A stretch of 63,904 nt of DNA, counting the filler, from Octopus bimaculoides (lineage: Eukaryota): the NCBI RefSeq assembly GCF_001194135.2. It is 7 parts of 6 records of this genome, joined end to end, with 100 filler letters (N's around TTAATTAATTAA, not from the genome) between each part and the next. Parts side by side here need not be neighbours in the genome. Positions count along the whole stretch, not along the records: positions 36,662 to 43,391 come from NC_068981.1; positions 43,492 to 58,767 come from NC_068984.1; 5 more parts are not named here. One strand, 5' to 3'. Shown here piece by piece: positions 39,819 to 52,509 of this stretch. Position 1 is the first letter of the stretch. Each line of letters starts with the position of its first letter. A model generated the notes under the pieces. The model was not told the origin of the DNA and did not search any database. It saw only the letters and a program-made list of their open reading frames with translations. A program made the position numbers and the translations under genes.

Positions 39819-40151
39819 GGCTGTGTGGTAAGAAGTTTGCTTCCCAACCACATGGTTCTGGGTTCAGTTCCACAGCATGGCACCTTGGGCAAGTGTCTTC
39901 TACTTTAGCCTCAGGCCGACCAAAGGTTTGTGAGTGGATTTGGCAGACGGAAACTGAGAGAAGCCCATCGTATATATATATGTATGTATTTGTGTGTCTG
40001 TGTTTGTCCCCTCTTCATCGGCTTGACAACCAATGTTGGTGTGTTTACGTCCCCGTAACTTAGGGAAGAGAGACCAATAGAATAAGTACTAGGCTTACAA
40101 AGAATTAGTCCTGGGGTCGATTTGCTTGACTAAAAGGTAGTGCTCCAGCAT
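39819..40151 (+). mobile_element. SINE family B, near full length
   Basis: ggctgtgtggtaagaagtttgcttcccaaccacatggttctgggttcagttcc...ggtagtgctccagcat then gap. Confidence 0.9.
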
Positions 40152-41329
40152 NNNNNNNNNNNNNNNNNNNNNNNNNNNNNNNNNNNNNNNNNNNNNNNNN
40201 NNNNNNNNNNNNNNNNNNNNNNNNNNNNNNNNNNNNNNNNNNNNNNNNNNNNNNNNNNNNNNNNNNNNNNNNNNNNNNNNNNNNNNNNNNNNNNNNNNNN
40301 NNNNNNNNNNNNNNNNNNNNNNNNNNNNNNNNNNNNNNNNNNNNNNNNNNNNNNNNNNNNNNNNNNNNNNNNNNNNNNNNNNNNNNNNNNNNNNNNNNNN
40401 NNNNNNNNNNNNNNNNNNNNNNNNNNNNNNNNNNNNNNNNNNNNNNNNNNNNNNNNNNNNNNNNNNNNNNNNNNNNNNNNNNNNNNNNNNNNNNNNNNNN
40501 NNNNNNNNNNNNNNNNNNNNNNNNNNNNNNNNNNNNNNNNNNNNNNNNNNNNNNNNNNNNNNNNNNNNNNNNNNNNNNNNNNNNNNNNNNNNNNNNNNNN
40601 NNNNNNNNNNNNNNNNNNNNNNNNNNNNNNNNNNNNNNNNNNNNNNNNNNNNNNNNNNNNNNNNNNNNNNNNNNNNNNNNNNNNNNNNNNNNNNNNNNNN
40701 NNNNNNNNNNNNNNNNNNNNNNNNNNNNNAAAACTTGTCATCTATGTTAAATTTTAATCAACGAATATTATTTGTCCAACGAATAAATAATAAAAAAACT
40801 CCATCATCAAATAAATGAATAAATAAATATATTAAAAATTACACTAAAAAAATCTACTATGAATAAAATTTCAATTAAAATTTCCATTAAACGAATTATA
40901 TTTGAAGATTTATTTAGTCTCCCAGTAATTTTTTAAAATATTAACGCTAATGTATAACCTCATTTTTATTCAGAAACAAATTCCGTCTAAGGGAGACAAC
41001 CACAATAATATTAATTTTAATTGCCATTTTTTAAAAAATTACTTTAAAATTTAGAATACTTATTCATTTATAATTAGCAAACATGCAATTATAACAATGA
41101 AGTAATACAAATTATTGATCACGGGTAATAAATTAAATTCTAACCTAATGGTAATCTATATTATATTTATCTCTAGAAACTTTAGTAAATAAATATAAAT
41201 ATAGAATTAGATTATTAGTAACAAATCATACAGTTAATATATCCTGTATTATAAACCTTATATTATATTATAATACCTGATCATACTGAAATTGGACCAA
41301 TCAATTAAATATAATTTATTTAAACCAAG

Positions 41330-41738
41330 AAAACGTATGCCTAAGAAAATGACTACATCTGAAAGCATTGTATGTGAGTTTATATAGAAAATAATATAAA
41401 AAATAATTCTAGATTACACGAGCAATACTTATTACCTTTATCATAAGGGAAAGATTTTCCAATAATTGACCATTCTAACGAATATTGCTTTTTTTTTGTT
41501 TCTTCAGTACCCAAATTAATTTACTAAGACTAGTATTCACCATTTTACTTCTATCTCTAAACGTATTATAATGATTCGATATTCATTTACAAATTTGTCC
41601 CGAAGAACAACCCACGTATATGCTAACATCTGTCTGGGTCGTTACCTTACATTGATAAACTATGTTCTTCGATCTAACATTTGAGCCTTTAAACTTCAAT
41701 CTTCTGGGGTTAACCTCTGTTACTGTAATCCTAGTACG

Positions 41739-41810
<72 letters not shown>

Positions 41811-43391
41811 TATATCAGGGTTCTAATCACTATTCTCCTCAATTCCCTCTGATTTAAGTATTTTAAAATTATGAGCTGCAATTATCTGGGCTAAGTTCTT
41901 AGTGTTTGAGAAACCAAACCTAATGCTATGTGTATTAATAATTTTTCCATAATGCGAATTCTTTGGGAAATATCTACTTATTACCTCTCTAAACTGTGCA
42001 ACCAAATTAGATTTAACATTTCTACCAAAAGGGATTATGAACCATACATTATCATCTTTAATGTTATCACAGTTATTTGTACAATTCTTAAAAAAAATTA
42101 AATTACCTATGTTACGTTTATGAATATCTCTGGGTTTTTTTTTTCCTTATTTCCTCTTAACTTATTCTTACACTTATTATTCTTATAATTCTTAGCTGTC
42201 TTAATATTGTTACAATCAGGTTTGATATAGTAAACCTTCTCTTTGTATCCTGCCCTATTTAATGCCGAATTATAGAATTGAGCTTCATTATCAAAAACCA
42301 TATCATTTGCGGATAATTTAGAAAGTCTTAATGAAATATTCCTTACTAAATTATTGATATTTTTTCTAGGATGATTACTCCATTTACTGATATATTTCAG
42401 GTTAGTGGAAGGTTTATGATATGGTCTATATGTATCATTTTTAATATCTAATGTCACATCTAAGAAATTAGCTAAAGAAATATCGTCTTCATAAATAATA
42501 TTCATCCCCATTCTACGAAAAAATCTAGTCAGTCTGCCTTTAAGTCTCTGTAACTGTTGGTTGGAGCTATTCCTAATATATAGAAGACAATCATCCCTAT
42601 ATAGACCCCGCCCTCAACCATAGGAAGTTGATCATCCAATTCATAAAGAATAAAAGAACCTACAATATCAGCTATTTGTTTAAAGTCTGAACTCCCTATG
42701 GGAACATCAAAAGCATCTGGTGTATCCTTACGTATCCATACTTTATCATTAAAACTAATAAAAGACTTCCTAGCAGCTAATATCACTTTAATTTCTTCTC
42801 TAGTAAGCCCTGCCTTATTATGAAAAAAACCATAGTGCCTTATTCAGTATGATCGGGTTAATGGATGCATAAAAATTAGCTATATCAAACTGAATGAATT
42901 TAGTATTTTTCTTGTCTTCAAAAGAATTAAACCACCCGATGACTTGGTCTGTATTCGACCACAAATTTAACTTCAACTTATCAACTATTGTAGTTATGTA
43001 CTTATCCATAATATTTTTACTCAGTATCCCTACGTCCGATTTTGTCGGGAAAATGAGTCTTAAAGATGGTTGTGTCCAAAAATTCACTTTGTGATCTTTA
43101 AGAATGAATCTCGGTTCTTTTGGTACCATAGGTTCTGTTCTATCTGCTAGGTTGTATTTTTCCATTATCTCTTTGGTTTCCATATTTGCCTTCTTAAGTG
43201 CATTTTTATTTGTTATCTTATAATTTTTCTCTATTTCTTTCTTAAGTAAATCCGTGTAGTGTTGTTAGGTTAATTTATAAATATTCCCGGTTTTATCAGA
43301 TTTCACCAAAATTCCGTTAGTAATTGTATTTAGATATCTTAAATGTTGGTCCCTGTTCGACGATTTTTTAAAAATTATCATACCAATACAT
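41330..43391 (-). mobile_element. Penelope-like retroelement (RT + C-terminal GIY-YIG endonuclease), frameshifted
   Basis: Successive minus frames: LKDHK...RLIFPTKSDVG...FIQFDIANFYASI (RT), FDVPIGSSD, ANFLDVTLD...YRPYHKP...SNHP (PLE thumb), WFNPPFG, then NIVYQCKV...IYVG...ISNHYNTF...TSLSKLIW (GIY-YIG). Confidence 0.9.
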
Positions 43392-43765
43392 NNNNNNNNN
43401 NNNNNNNNNNNNNNNNNNNNNNNNNNNNNNNNNNNTTAATTAATTAANNNNNNNNNNNNNNNNNNNNNNNNNNNNNNNNNNNNNNNNNNNNTGGTCTTTT
43501 CCGTAAGCTTTTCTTTCCACGGCTAAACCTAAACTGTCCTCCCCTCTTTTTACACAGAACATTACTGTGTGATACACGATCCCTATTGATCGGCCTTTTT
43601 TTTTTCGTTTTTTTCCGATCCCTTTTGATCGAACCCCCCTTTTTCCCTTCCTACGAACCCTTTTGATCGACACCACTTTTTTTCCCTTCCCCCTCCCAAA
43701 AAGAAAAGCTCTACATTGTATTTGTCCCATCTTCGTTGAGCCCTGTGTGGCTAATAAAAGAAATG

Positions 43766-43836
<71 letters not shown>

Positions 43837-44159
43837 GTATCAGTGTGGCTGTATATACATACATACACACATATCTTTTCTATATTTCTTTTTCAAGCTG
43901 TAAGATTTCTTTTATAAAAAGAAATATGTCTGGATGGATTTACATCTCAGTTATTATCACAAGAAAGGATATATTAAACAGTTGTATATCCTAGATAAGC
44001 CAAAACGTTTGGTTGGTCATAGTAGAGCGACTTCGCTCATATCCCCGCTTGATTAATGCTTAGCTAATGATAATATGAAACAACCAATTGTAGTAATGGT
44101 TCACAACATAGTAACAAAGCTTCATCTTAGTTGCGAATGGTGTAAGTTGATCATATCCA

Positions 44160-44285
44160 TCGCAGTATTAAACTGGTACTTTATTAACTCCAGAAGGATT
44201 AAAGGCAAAGTTGACCTAGGCGGGATTTGAACTCAGAACGCTAAGAGTCAGATGCTCTAGCGATTATATCTATTCACAACGCTCG
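44160..44285 (-). mobile_element. SINE family A copy
   Basis: actggtactttatt...aaaggcaaagttgacctaggcgggatttgaactcagaacg. Confidence 0.8.
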
Positions 44286-44512
44286 GTAACAACAACAACA
44301 AGACCATAAACAATAACAATACCAAGAGAAAAAAGATGTAAGCCGAATCACTTCGATATTTAATGTCATATAAATTGTCTCACGGAAATATAACGAGCAG
44401 TGTATGGGTGTGTTTTTAATGGTTAGTATAACTACGAGATCTCATATACATACATACATGCATATATAATACATGCATACATACATACATGCTTATATAC
44501 GCATATATGTGT

Positions 44513-44559
<47 letters not shown>

Positions 44560-44851
44560 CGCGCGCGCGTGCGCGTGTATATTCACGTGCTCACATAATT
44601 ATATATATGTACTTATATATATTCATATATACATACATACCCATTTACACACACGGGCGCGCACACATAAATGTATGTGAGTATGTATGCATGTATAATA
44701 CATATGATGTTTGTGGGGCGTATATAGTATATGTATGTATGTATGTATGTTGTGTGTGTGGTTGTGTGTTATATAAGAGCAGAAGTCAGTTGTAACTATT
44801 TAAATCGTGTTTTTTCTCTGAACAAGCCATACTACTTATTTAGGTACATGT

Positions 44852-45883
44852 TAGTCTCGCCAGGTCTGCCCAACAATAACCGCGGTGTATTGTATCAGAA
44901 TTGACTACAGTAGACGGCAGTAAGTATTCATGTACTCAGTCGTGTTAATGTCGATTTTTAGTTGTGTAACCAGGTGTCAAATATTCTCGAAGTGAACCAG
45001 ATACGTCAAAGGTAAAAAGAAACAAAAGAAAAAAATGAGAATTGCTTGCTTCAATAATTTTTCTCCCTTACGAGATAAAATGATATGGTATCACGATAGT
45101 CTTTCATCTAGATCCGAAAGAAAATGTCTCATAAAGAAAAGGGGAAAACAAAACATGGCGTTATAGTCGTAATAAATAAATTTACCAACGGCTTTTGATT
45201 AGGGAATGTTGTTTTATCGAATGCCGCCAGATGGCTGCTACTACTATTGTTGAGACTATTTAGTGGTTGAGACTATTTAGTGGTTGAGACAGTGGTAGAG
45301 GTGGTCGGTCGGGACGTATAAACCTGATATGAAATTACCTAACTTCGTGAAATATCTACACGATTCGGGTGTCAAAGAACGTAAAACAAAGAGGAAAACA
45401 ATGTAAAAGTAAATAACAGAACTACAGGCATGACCACCACCACCACTACCACCACAAATACTACTACTACTACTACCATCATTACCACTATCAACAACAT
45501 TCCTATAAGAGACCGAGCCAATGAGAGAACATCTACGGGGTTGCTCTGTCCGCTTGAAATACCAACCAAATCTCTCTGTCTTAAAATTCGGAAGGATAAC
45601 AATAGTCTCGCCAGGTCTGCCCAACAATAACCGCGGTGTATTGTATCAGAATTGACTACAGTAGAAGGCAGTAAGTATTCATGTACTCAGTCGTGTTAAC
45701 GTCGATTTTTAGTTGTGTAACCAGGTGTCAAATATTCTCGAAGTGAACCAGATACGTCAAAGGTAAAAAGAAACAAAAGAAAAAAATGAGAATTGCTTGC
45801 TTCAATAATTTTTCTCCCTTACGAGATAAAATGATATGGTATCACGATAGTCTTTCATCTAGATCCGAAAGAAAATGTCTCAT
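44852..45883. repeat. 281-bp direct repeat (44852-45132 / 45603-45883) around a 470-bp spacer
   Basis: Two substitutions seen between copies (gac/gaa, aat/aac), constant offset 751. Confidence 0.9.
45223..45238 (+). promoter_or_regulatory. CTCF-like motif GCCGCCAGATGGCTGC
   Basis: Matches the CCGCNAGRTGGC core consensus; single motif, no functional data. Confidence 0.25.
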
Positions 45884-46182
45884 TAGAAAAGCGGAAGTGT
45901 TTACGAGGCTAGAACGTGTTTGATCATAACTTTGTTTAGCCTGAATTAACCTGGGCCTACGCAACAACAACAACAACAACAACGACGACAGCACCATCAC
46001 CATCATCCACAACAACTAGAACATTAACAGCTCTTATCTATCAACATGTTACATAAAGGACGTTCCATAAGACAGCATTTAAGGATCGACGATATCAAAA
46101 AACAAACAAAACCAAGAGAATGTGACTCACTGTACTTATATCTCCAAAGCTTTCAAGAGTCAAACCCAACCAATGGAATCAA

Positions 46183-46518
46183 TCATCTGTATGGTTCACT
46201 CATCTGTATGGTTCACTCATCTGTATAGTTCACTCATCTGTATAGTTCACTCATCTGTATGGTTCACTCATCTGTATGGTTCACTCATCTGTATGGTTCA
46301 CTCATCTGTATGGTTCACTCATCTGTATGGTTCACTCATCTGTATGGTTTNNNNNNNNNNNNNNNNNNNNNNNNNNNNNNNNCACTCATCTGTATGGTTC
46401 ACTCATCTGTATAGTTCACTCATCTGTATGGTTCACTCATCTGTATGGTTCACTCATCTGTATGGTTCACTCATCTGTATGGTTCACTCATCTGTATGGT
46501 TCACTCATCTGTATGGTT
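46183..46518. repeat. 17-bp minisatellite (CACTCATCTGTATGGTT)n, interrupted by a gap
   Basis: Direct tandem copies with occasional ATAGTT variants. Confidence 0.95.
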
Positions 46519-46619
46519 TGAGGTTTTGAAGGTATATGTGACAGACAAAACTTGTAACTAACTATGTGCTTCCAGCATCAACAACAACACAACCGAGGAA
46601 CAGAACGAAAACAACAGTT

Positions 46620-46870
46620 CAACGGGTAAACAAATACTTTTTAGCCGAAGTTATAGAAGAAACTGTAATTACAAAACTCATTTCTCTTGGTGTTATGAAC
46701 TGAATACAGATGTATTTAACTGCTACAAAAAGCGAAAAAAAAACCCGCTGTTGGCTATATGAATCGATTGAAAATCATATTGGGATGATCTGCACCCAGA
46801 ATTAGATCATTTTACTGAGAAGCAACTAAGCCAACAAGCAGCATTTATAGAACATAGAAAGAAAGTTAAT
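46620..46870 (+). mobile_element. R4/Dong-type LINE N-terminal domain remnant
   Basis: WCYELNTDVFNCYKK...VGYMNRLK...WDDLHPELDHFTEKQLSQQAAFI resembles the W..E.N..V..CY...GY..R...W...T.Q.L..Q...I N-terminal motif of this clade. Confidence 0.6.
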
Positions 46871-47310
46871 AACTGTAACTTTATTTAAAAATCGAAAATT
46901 AACCTTCTTCCCAACTCTATAAACAAAGGCGAAAACATTAATGATGTAAGATCACCACGTGGTTTCGTAGCTAGCGACATTCCAACAGATTCCATAGTGC
47001 CTACTAGCCAAACTACACTACTGGCTAAAGTAACTGACCACTGTCCTCCTATTATGACTGTGGTAAATAGCAGGTACAATTGCAACGATTATTGTAATAG
47101 TAGTTGTAGTCAGGATTACATGCCGGTGAAATGTGCCCTTACTGAAATGTTCCGAGAGAAAGTAACTTGGCTTTGGCTTTGAAGTACTCTCTCTAGGAGA
47201 GAGTTTTCTCGATCAAAGTAAGTAAAAGACCACCAGATACGGTATTAAAAGCTGTTAAAGAAATCTTGGGGTTAGTAAACCGCGCTCTTAACCACTACGC
47301 GCTTAACCAT

Positions 47311-47386
47311 GGGCATATGGCGTAGTGGTTAAGAGCGCGGGCTACTAACCCCGAGATTCCAAGTTGGATTCCAGGCAGTGACCTGA

Positions 47387-47417
<31 letters not shown>

Positions 47418-47419
47418 TG

Positions 47420-47474
<55 letters not shown>

Positions 47475-47490
47475 TAATAATAATAATAAC
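47311..47490 (+). mobile_element. Short tRNA-derived SINE with (ATA)n tail
   Basis: A box TGGCGTAGTGG, degenerate B box GTTGGATTC, no proper acceptor stem, (ATA)n tail. Confidence 0.8.
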
Positions 47491-47889
47491 AATATCGAGA
47501 ATGTTGTAACTAGGTGCATGTATGTATACATCTTGGTGTTTAATTTTCGGCTAGTTACCTCACCCACAGATTTAACAGATACTCATACAAACAGGCATAC
47601 GCATACATACATGCATACTCACACACATACGTACGCATGCGTGCACACACATATAGGCAATGATGCATCATTTCATATGCACATTACCAAAAATGGTAAG
47701 AAAATGCAGACAACTGGTAGGATGGATACTAAGGTCCTTCAAGATATGAAGCCAAGAAGTCATGCTGAACCAGTGGAGGACCTTTCTTCTCAGCCGTTCG
47801 GACTATTGCTCTCAATTGTGATCATAACATAGCTCCAGCCTAGTAGCGGAGCTTGAAGTGATCCCATGTTACTACACTAAAAAGATTGT

Positions 47890-48357
47890 AACAGTGTAGC
47901 AGATAAACTACAAAGCCTGAAAAACTACAACATGGAAAAACCTAGGACTTATGGAAAATCCTGGAAGGGCTAGAATCTAATTTCGGCATCGGGTGTTATA
48001 GAAATGCCCGAAAAAGACGCTATTGCATTTTTCCAAGGGCACATGTACTGCAATAGTTCAGGGTCCACAGGTCCACAATCATTTTCAATACCCTGCCAAA
48101 CAAGTCAGGTGACATAGACAATGTGGACATAGATATCTTCAAAAAGGAACTGGACATTCTGCTATCCACGATACCCGATGAACCAACAGCACGGCATACA
48201 CCAAATGGGTCAACAGCCAAGGAAAAAAGCACATGCAGGAGTGGTAATATGAACTCCCACCTGAAGAAATTAGCCAAAGTAGAATGGTATATAAAAGTAA
48301 AAAATCACATTGGTGGTGCAGCATCAGAGCAGCCTCATGGCTGAAACGAATAAAAGA
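47890..48357 (+). mobile_element. CR1/L2-type LINE 3' end, decayed
   Basis: WKILEGL and MDIDIFKKELDILLSTIPDEPT; tail ggtggtgc...atggctgaaac; same family as 8680-9127. Confidence 0.75.
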
Positions 48358-48379
48358 ACACACACACACACATTATTAA

Positions 48380-48555
48380 GGCGGCGAGCTGGCAAAATTT
48401 TACGTCGGGCAAAATGATTAGCAGTATTTCGTCTGTCTTTACGTTCTGGGTTCAAATTCTGCTGAGGGCGACTTTGCATTTCCTCCTTTCAGGGTCGATA
48501 AATTGAGTACAAGTGAAATACTGGGCCCTTCCCTCCAAATATCACGCCTTGTGCC
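48380..48555 (+). mobile_element. SINE family A copy
   Basis: ggcggcgagctggcaaaa...gggttcaaattctgctgagggcgactttgc. Confidence 0.85.
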
Positions 48556-48584
48556 TTTTATTGAAATGATTACTATTATTATGA

Positions 48585-48885
48585 CAGCGCATGGCCTAGT
48601 GATTAGGGTGTTGCACTCACGAGCACGAGATCATGATTTCAATTCCTAGACCAAGCAGTGCGTTATGTTCTTGAGCAAACACTTCATCTCACGTTGCTTT
48701 GCGATCGCTTCGACACGTGTCGCGTGGTACACCGTGCACCTGTTCAGACAACGTTGATTTGATGGAGAGAATGAGCTAATGTACAGCACATACGTTTGAT
48801 CACTATAAGCAAATCATTTGTTCAGATCGACCGGCAAATGCTGAACACCTACACATCATCTTCGACGTAAGAGTCCATTGCCATT
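48585..48885 (+). mobile_element. tRNA-derived SINE family E (partial copy also ~50465-50610)
   Basis: A-box-like tggcctagtg, B-box-like ttcaattcc, then ttcttgagcaaacacttcat segment repeated at ~50505. Confidence 0.7.
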
Positions 48886-49389
48886 ATCATTACTATTACC
48901 ATGCGTGCGTAAACGAAAGCAGGGTATTGTAATCACTCGTCTTGGTCTGGTTGTCTGTGTGTTTACAAATATACTGGAAAACGGGTGGACAAATTTTCAC
49001 CTCATTTGGCAGAAATATAGTTGAGTGGCTCGAAATGATGGAAGTTTGGTTTGATTATCTTCAAACATACATAGATACATTACATAGATACGCGACTGTG
49101 TGTGTGCGTGCGTGCGTGCGAGTACAGTGATAGATTTGAGGGTTTCATTTATTTACGGAGTATTTCAGCGGAGTATAAATACCTGTAATGGTGATACTTA
49201 AAAAAAAAAAATAAAAAAAAAAAATCGAACTTCAAAATTTCTTGATAAGCAAGTTTATTCAGACACTTACAAAGCTTAATTCAGTTCAATTAAAAACATG
49301 GGCAAGCAATGCGTTGTAAGCCACACTATAATTTGAGAAAAAATATTGTGTTCGCAAGGTATGCACCACCCCTCCGATGCTTTTTCTTT

Positions 49390-49494
49390 GCATCATCATC
49401 ATCGTCGTCGTCGTCGTCATCATCGTCATCGTCGTCATCATCGTCGTCGTCGTCGTCGTCGTCGTCATCGTCATCATCATCATCATCATCATCA

Positions 49495-49556
<62 letters not shown>
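49390..49556. repeat. (CGT/CAT)n(ATT)n microsatellite
   Basis: Direct inspection. Confidence 0.95.
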
Positions 49557-52113
49557 NNNNNNNNNNNNNNNNNNNNNNNNNNNNNNNNNNNNNNNNNNNN
49601 NNNNNNNNNNNNNNNNNNNNNNNNNNNNNNNNNNNNNNNNNNNNNNNNNNNNNNNNNNNNNNNNNNNNNNNNNNNNNNNNNNNNNNNNNNNNNNNNNNNN
49701 NNNNNNNNNNNNNNNNNNNNNNNNNNNNNNNNNNNNNNNNNNNNNNNNNNNNNNNNNNNNNNNNNNNNNNNNNNNNNNNNNNNNNNNNNNNNNNNNNNNN
49801 NNNNNNNNNNNNNNNNNNNNNNNNNNNNNNNNNNNNNNNNNNNNNNNNNNNNNNNNNNNNNNNNNNNNNNNNNNNNNNNNNNNNNNNNNNNNNNNNNNNN
49901 NNNNNNNNNNNNNNNNNNNNNNNNNNNNNNNNNNNNNNNNNNNNNNNNNNNNNNNATATATATATATAGCGAGAGAGAGAGAGAGAGAGAGATAATGTAT
50001 GTCTTTATTATGTAGTACAAGCGCAAAAAGCCTCCAGGAAATTTTCATCTATTCTTTATAGTCAGATTTTTTTCTATTAGTCTGCATAATTGACATCCAA
50101 TGATATGATCTTCACTCAGTTATCATTTAAATGCTGCGAAAAAATCATATATTGTTATATCGTTATAATTAATCCTAAAAACTCCGTAATTAAATCTTTT
50201 CCTTCCTTTATCTAACCCGACCGTTTTGTTTAAATGATCCTTGTTTCCTTTCTTGACATTCTAAATTACATTTCTGACACACTACGCCGTCATCACACAT
50301 ATCTTCATAATCCAATTTGTGTATGTTGGTCATTTATCTTTAGACGGCTTAAGAAGACTATAAAGGTGAAACCTCACTGTTACTCGTTATCCTTTTCGAG
50401 ACAATACGTGAACACGCGCGCGCGCGCATGCATAGATTCATATATACATACACTTATGTACATGTACTTCGTGGTTTCGATTCCCAGACCGGCGTTGCTT
50501 TATGTGCTTGAGCAAAGCGCTTCATTTCACACTGCTCCAGTTCACTCATCTTTAAATGTGACGGACGCCCATTACGCTCAGGATGATGCTATGATCTCGG
50601 TCATTTAAATGCTATGGATACAGAGTAAGACTCCGGTTAGTAATGTCTAAGGGTCTTACTTTTACTTTTCCTCGAAGTTAAAAGTTATGGAGGACACTTT
50701 GCTCAAGAACACACCCATTGAACTGTTTGGTTTGGATGTCGAAACCACGATCTTGTGATCGTAAATGTAACGATCTAACCTCTACACCAAGCATCTTCAC
50801 AATTTTCAGAGACAAAGATTAAATAATGGCTCGAGTATTATGGTTTGAATGCCACAAATAAGAATTTGCGACATCGGACATTGGAATTTTCGAAGGAGTT
50901 ACAGTCGAGTAATTCTACTTGCAGTAGTTTACTGAAATCTGTTTAATCGATCATTGAAGTACAAACAGCAATATCGATCCTGACGGTAGGATTTGAACCC
51001 AAAACGAAGGACTTTAATTAAATGCCACTAGATACTTTGCCAGGAACTCTAACAATTCCAAGAAAAGAAGAGAGAATAATGAGATGGAGGAAAAGAAAAG
51101 GAAAGAAGGTAGACAGGAGAAGGCGGACAGCGGAAAAAGAAGTAGATATCTGATGGAAGTAGGAACCAGGAAGAAAGAAAAAAATATTTAAAAAACTACT
51201 ACAGTAGCGGCAGCAGTAGAGGCAGCAGCAGCAATATTAATAATAATTACAATACCAATAATAATAAGCATTTCAATAAGAATAAAAAGAGCAGCATTCA
51301 ATAAAGTAGAAAAGTAGTTTGAGTTGATCGAGGCTCCATAAAGCAACACGGGCATAAAGAGAACTGTGAGTGTGTGTTAGTGTGATAGGTTTGTGTTTTG
51401 GTTTATATTGCAGACACTGAAACAAAACACAACAGAAGAAAACGAAAACAGCTATACGTACATGACACAAACTTGTCAAAGGGCTCTTAGAATAATAATA
51501 ATAATATAACAATAATAGGCGACGGCATTTTTATTATAGACTGTATGCATAATTAAATTTAAAAAAAATATCACAAAAATGACACAATTAAAGAACAACA
51601 CTGCCAATCTTCATCCTCTTCCTTCTCACACTCCTCGACTTCTAGTTAGGTTGCTCTAGAGTTGTTGATTGTTAGATTGGTAGGTTTGGTTTATATNNNN
51701 NNNNNNATATATATATATGCTTTGGCTGTCACTTGGAAACGACAAGGAAATACCATTTATTATCGTTATTAATTACGACGTTAAGGACGGTGGAGTGAAG
51801 AAAAAAAATAGTGTTAGAACGCCGATATTTCTTCCCCCACTTCACATTCTGAGTTTAAATCCTGCCGTAGTCAACTTCGTCTTTTACCTTTTCGAGGTTG
51901 ATAAAATACTGTACTTGTCAAGTCCTCAGGTCGATAATATCGACTAGTCCTTTCCCCGCAAAATTGCTGGCCTTGAACTTATGTTACAGACCATTATTTA
52001 TTATTTGGGTGAGGGCCATAGTAGTAGACGTTTGTCCAAAGTGCCATGCAGTGGGACTGAATCCGAAACCACGTGGTTGCTAAACGAACTTCTTAACCAC
52101 ATGACTGAGGTCG

Positions 52114-52494
52114 ATAATTATGGGGACGGCGGCTTGTAAAGAAACGGGAGGATGGCGGACAAAATGCTGCATTTCGTCTAACGGCCTTCTGGTACTGCTA
52201 TCCGCTAATCATACGCTTTCCTGACTAAATAGCATAAACCCAAGGCCACAAATTTGTGAGGCAGGATCAGTTGATTAAATTAGACAGGTGATTCCTTTTG
52301 TTTACCCTGTAAGTTTGAAAGGCAGTTATTGGTCTCAGAAGTATTGGGACATGTGAAACTAATGCTGCACATCCTTTTACCCGGAGCTCTAATGATTCTA
52401 GAATGAAAGAGAAACTTGACCACGGCGGGAAATGAGCTCAGCATTTTGTCCACCATCCTCCCGTTTCTTTACAAGCCGCCGTCCCCATAATTAT
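52114..52494. repeat. 56-bp inverted repeat (52114-52169 / 52439-52494), 1 mismatch
   Basis: Arms are reverse complements except one C/T; arm sequence resembles a diverged family A SINE head. Confidence 0.9.
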
Positions 52495-52509
52495 TAAGTC
52501 TGGGAAGTC

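Noticed and set aside
46183-46518. CRISPR-like array
   Set aside because: Repeats are contiguous with no unique spacers; eukaryotic minisatellite.
47311-47385. Possible tRNA gene
   Set aside because: Mutated B box, no acceptor-stem pairing and an (ATA)n tail: SINE, not tRNA.
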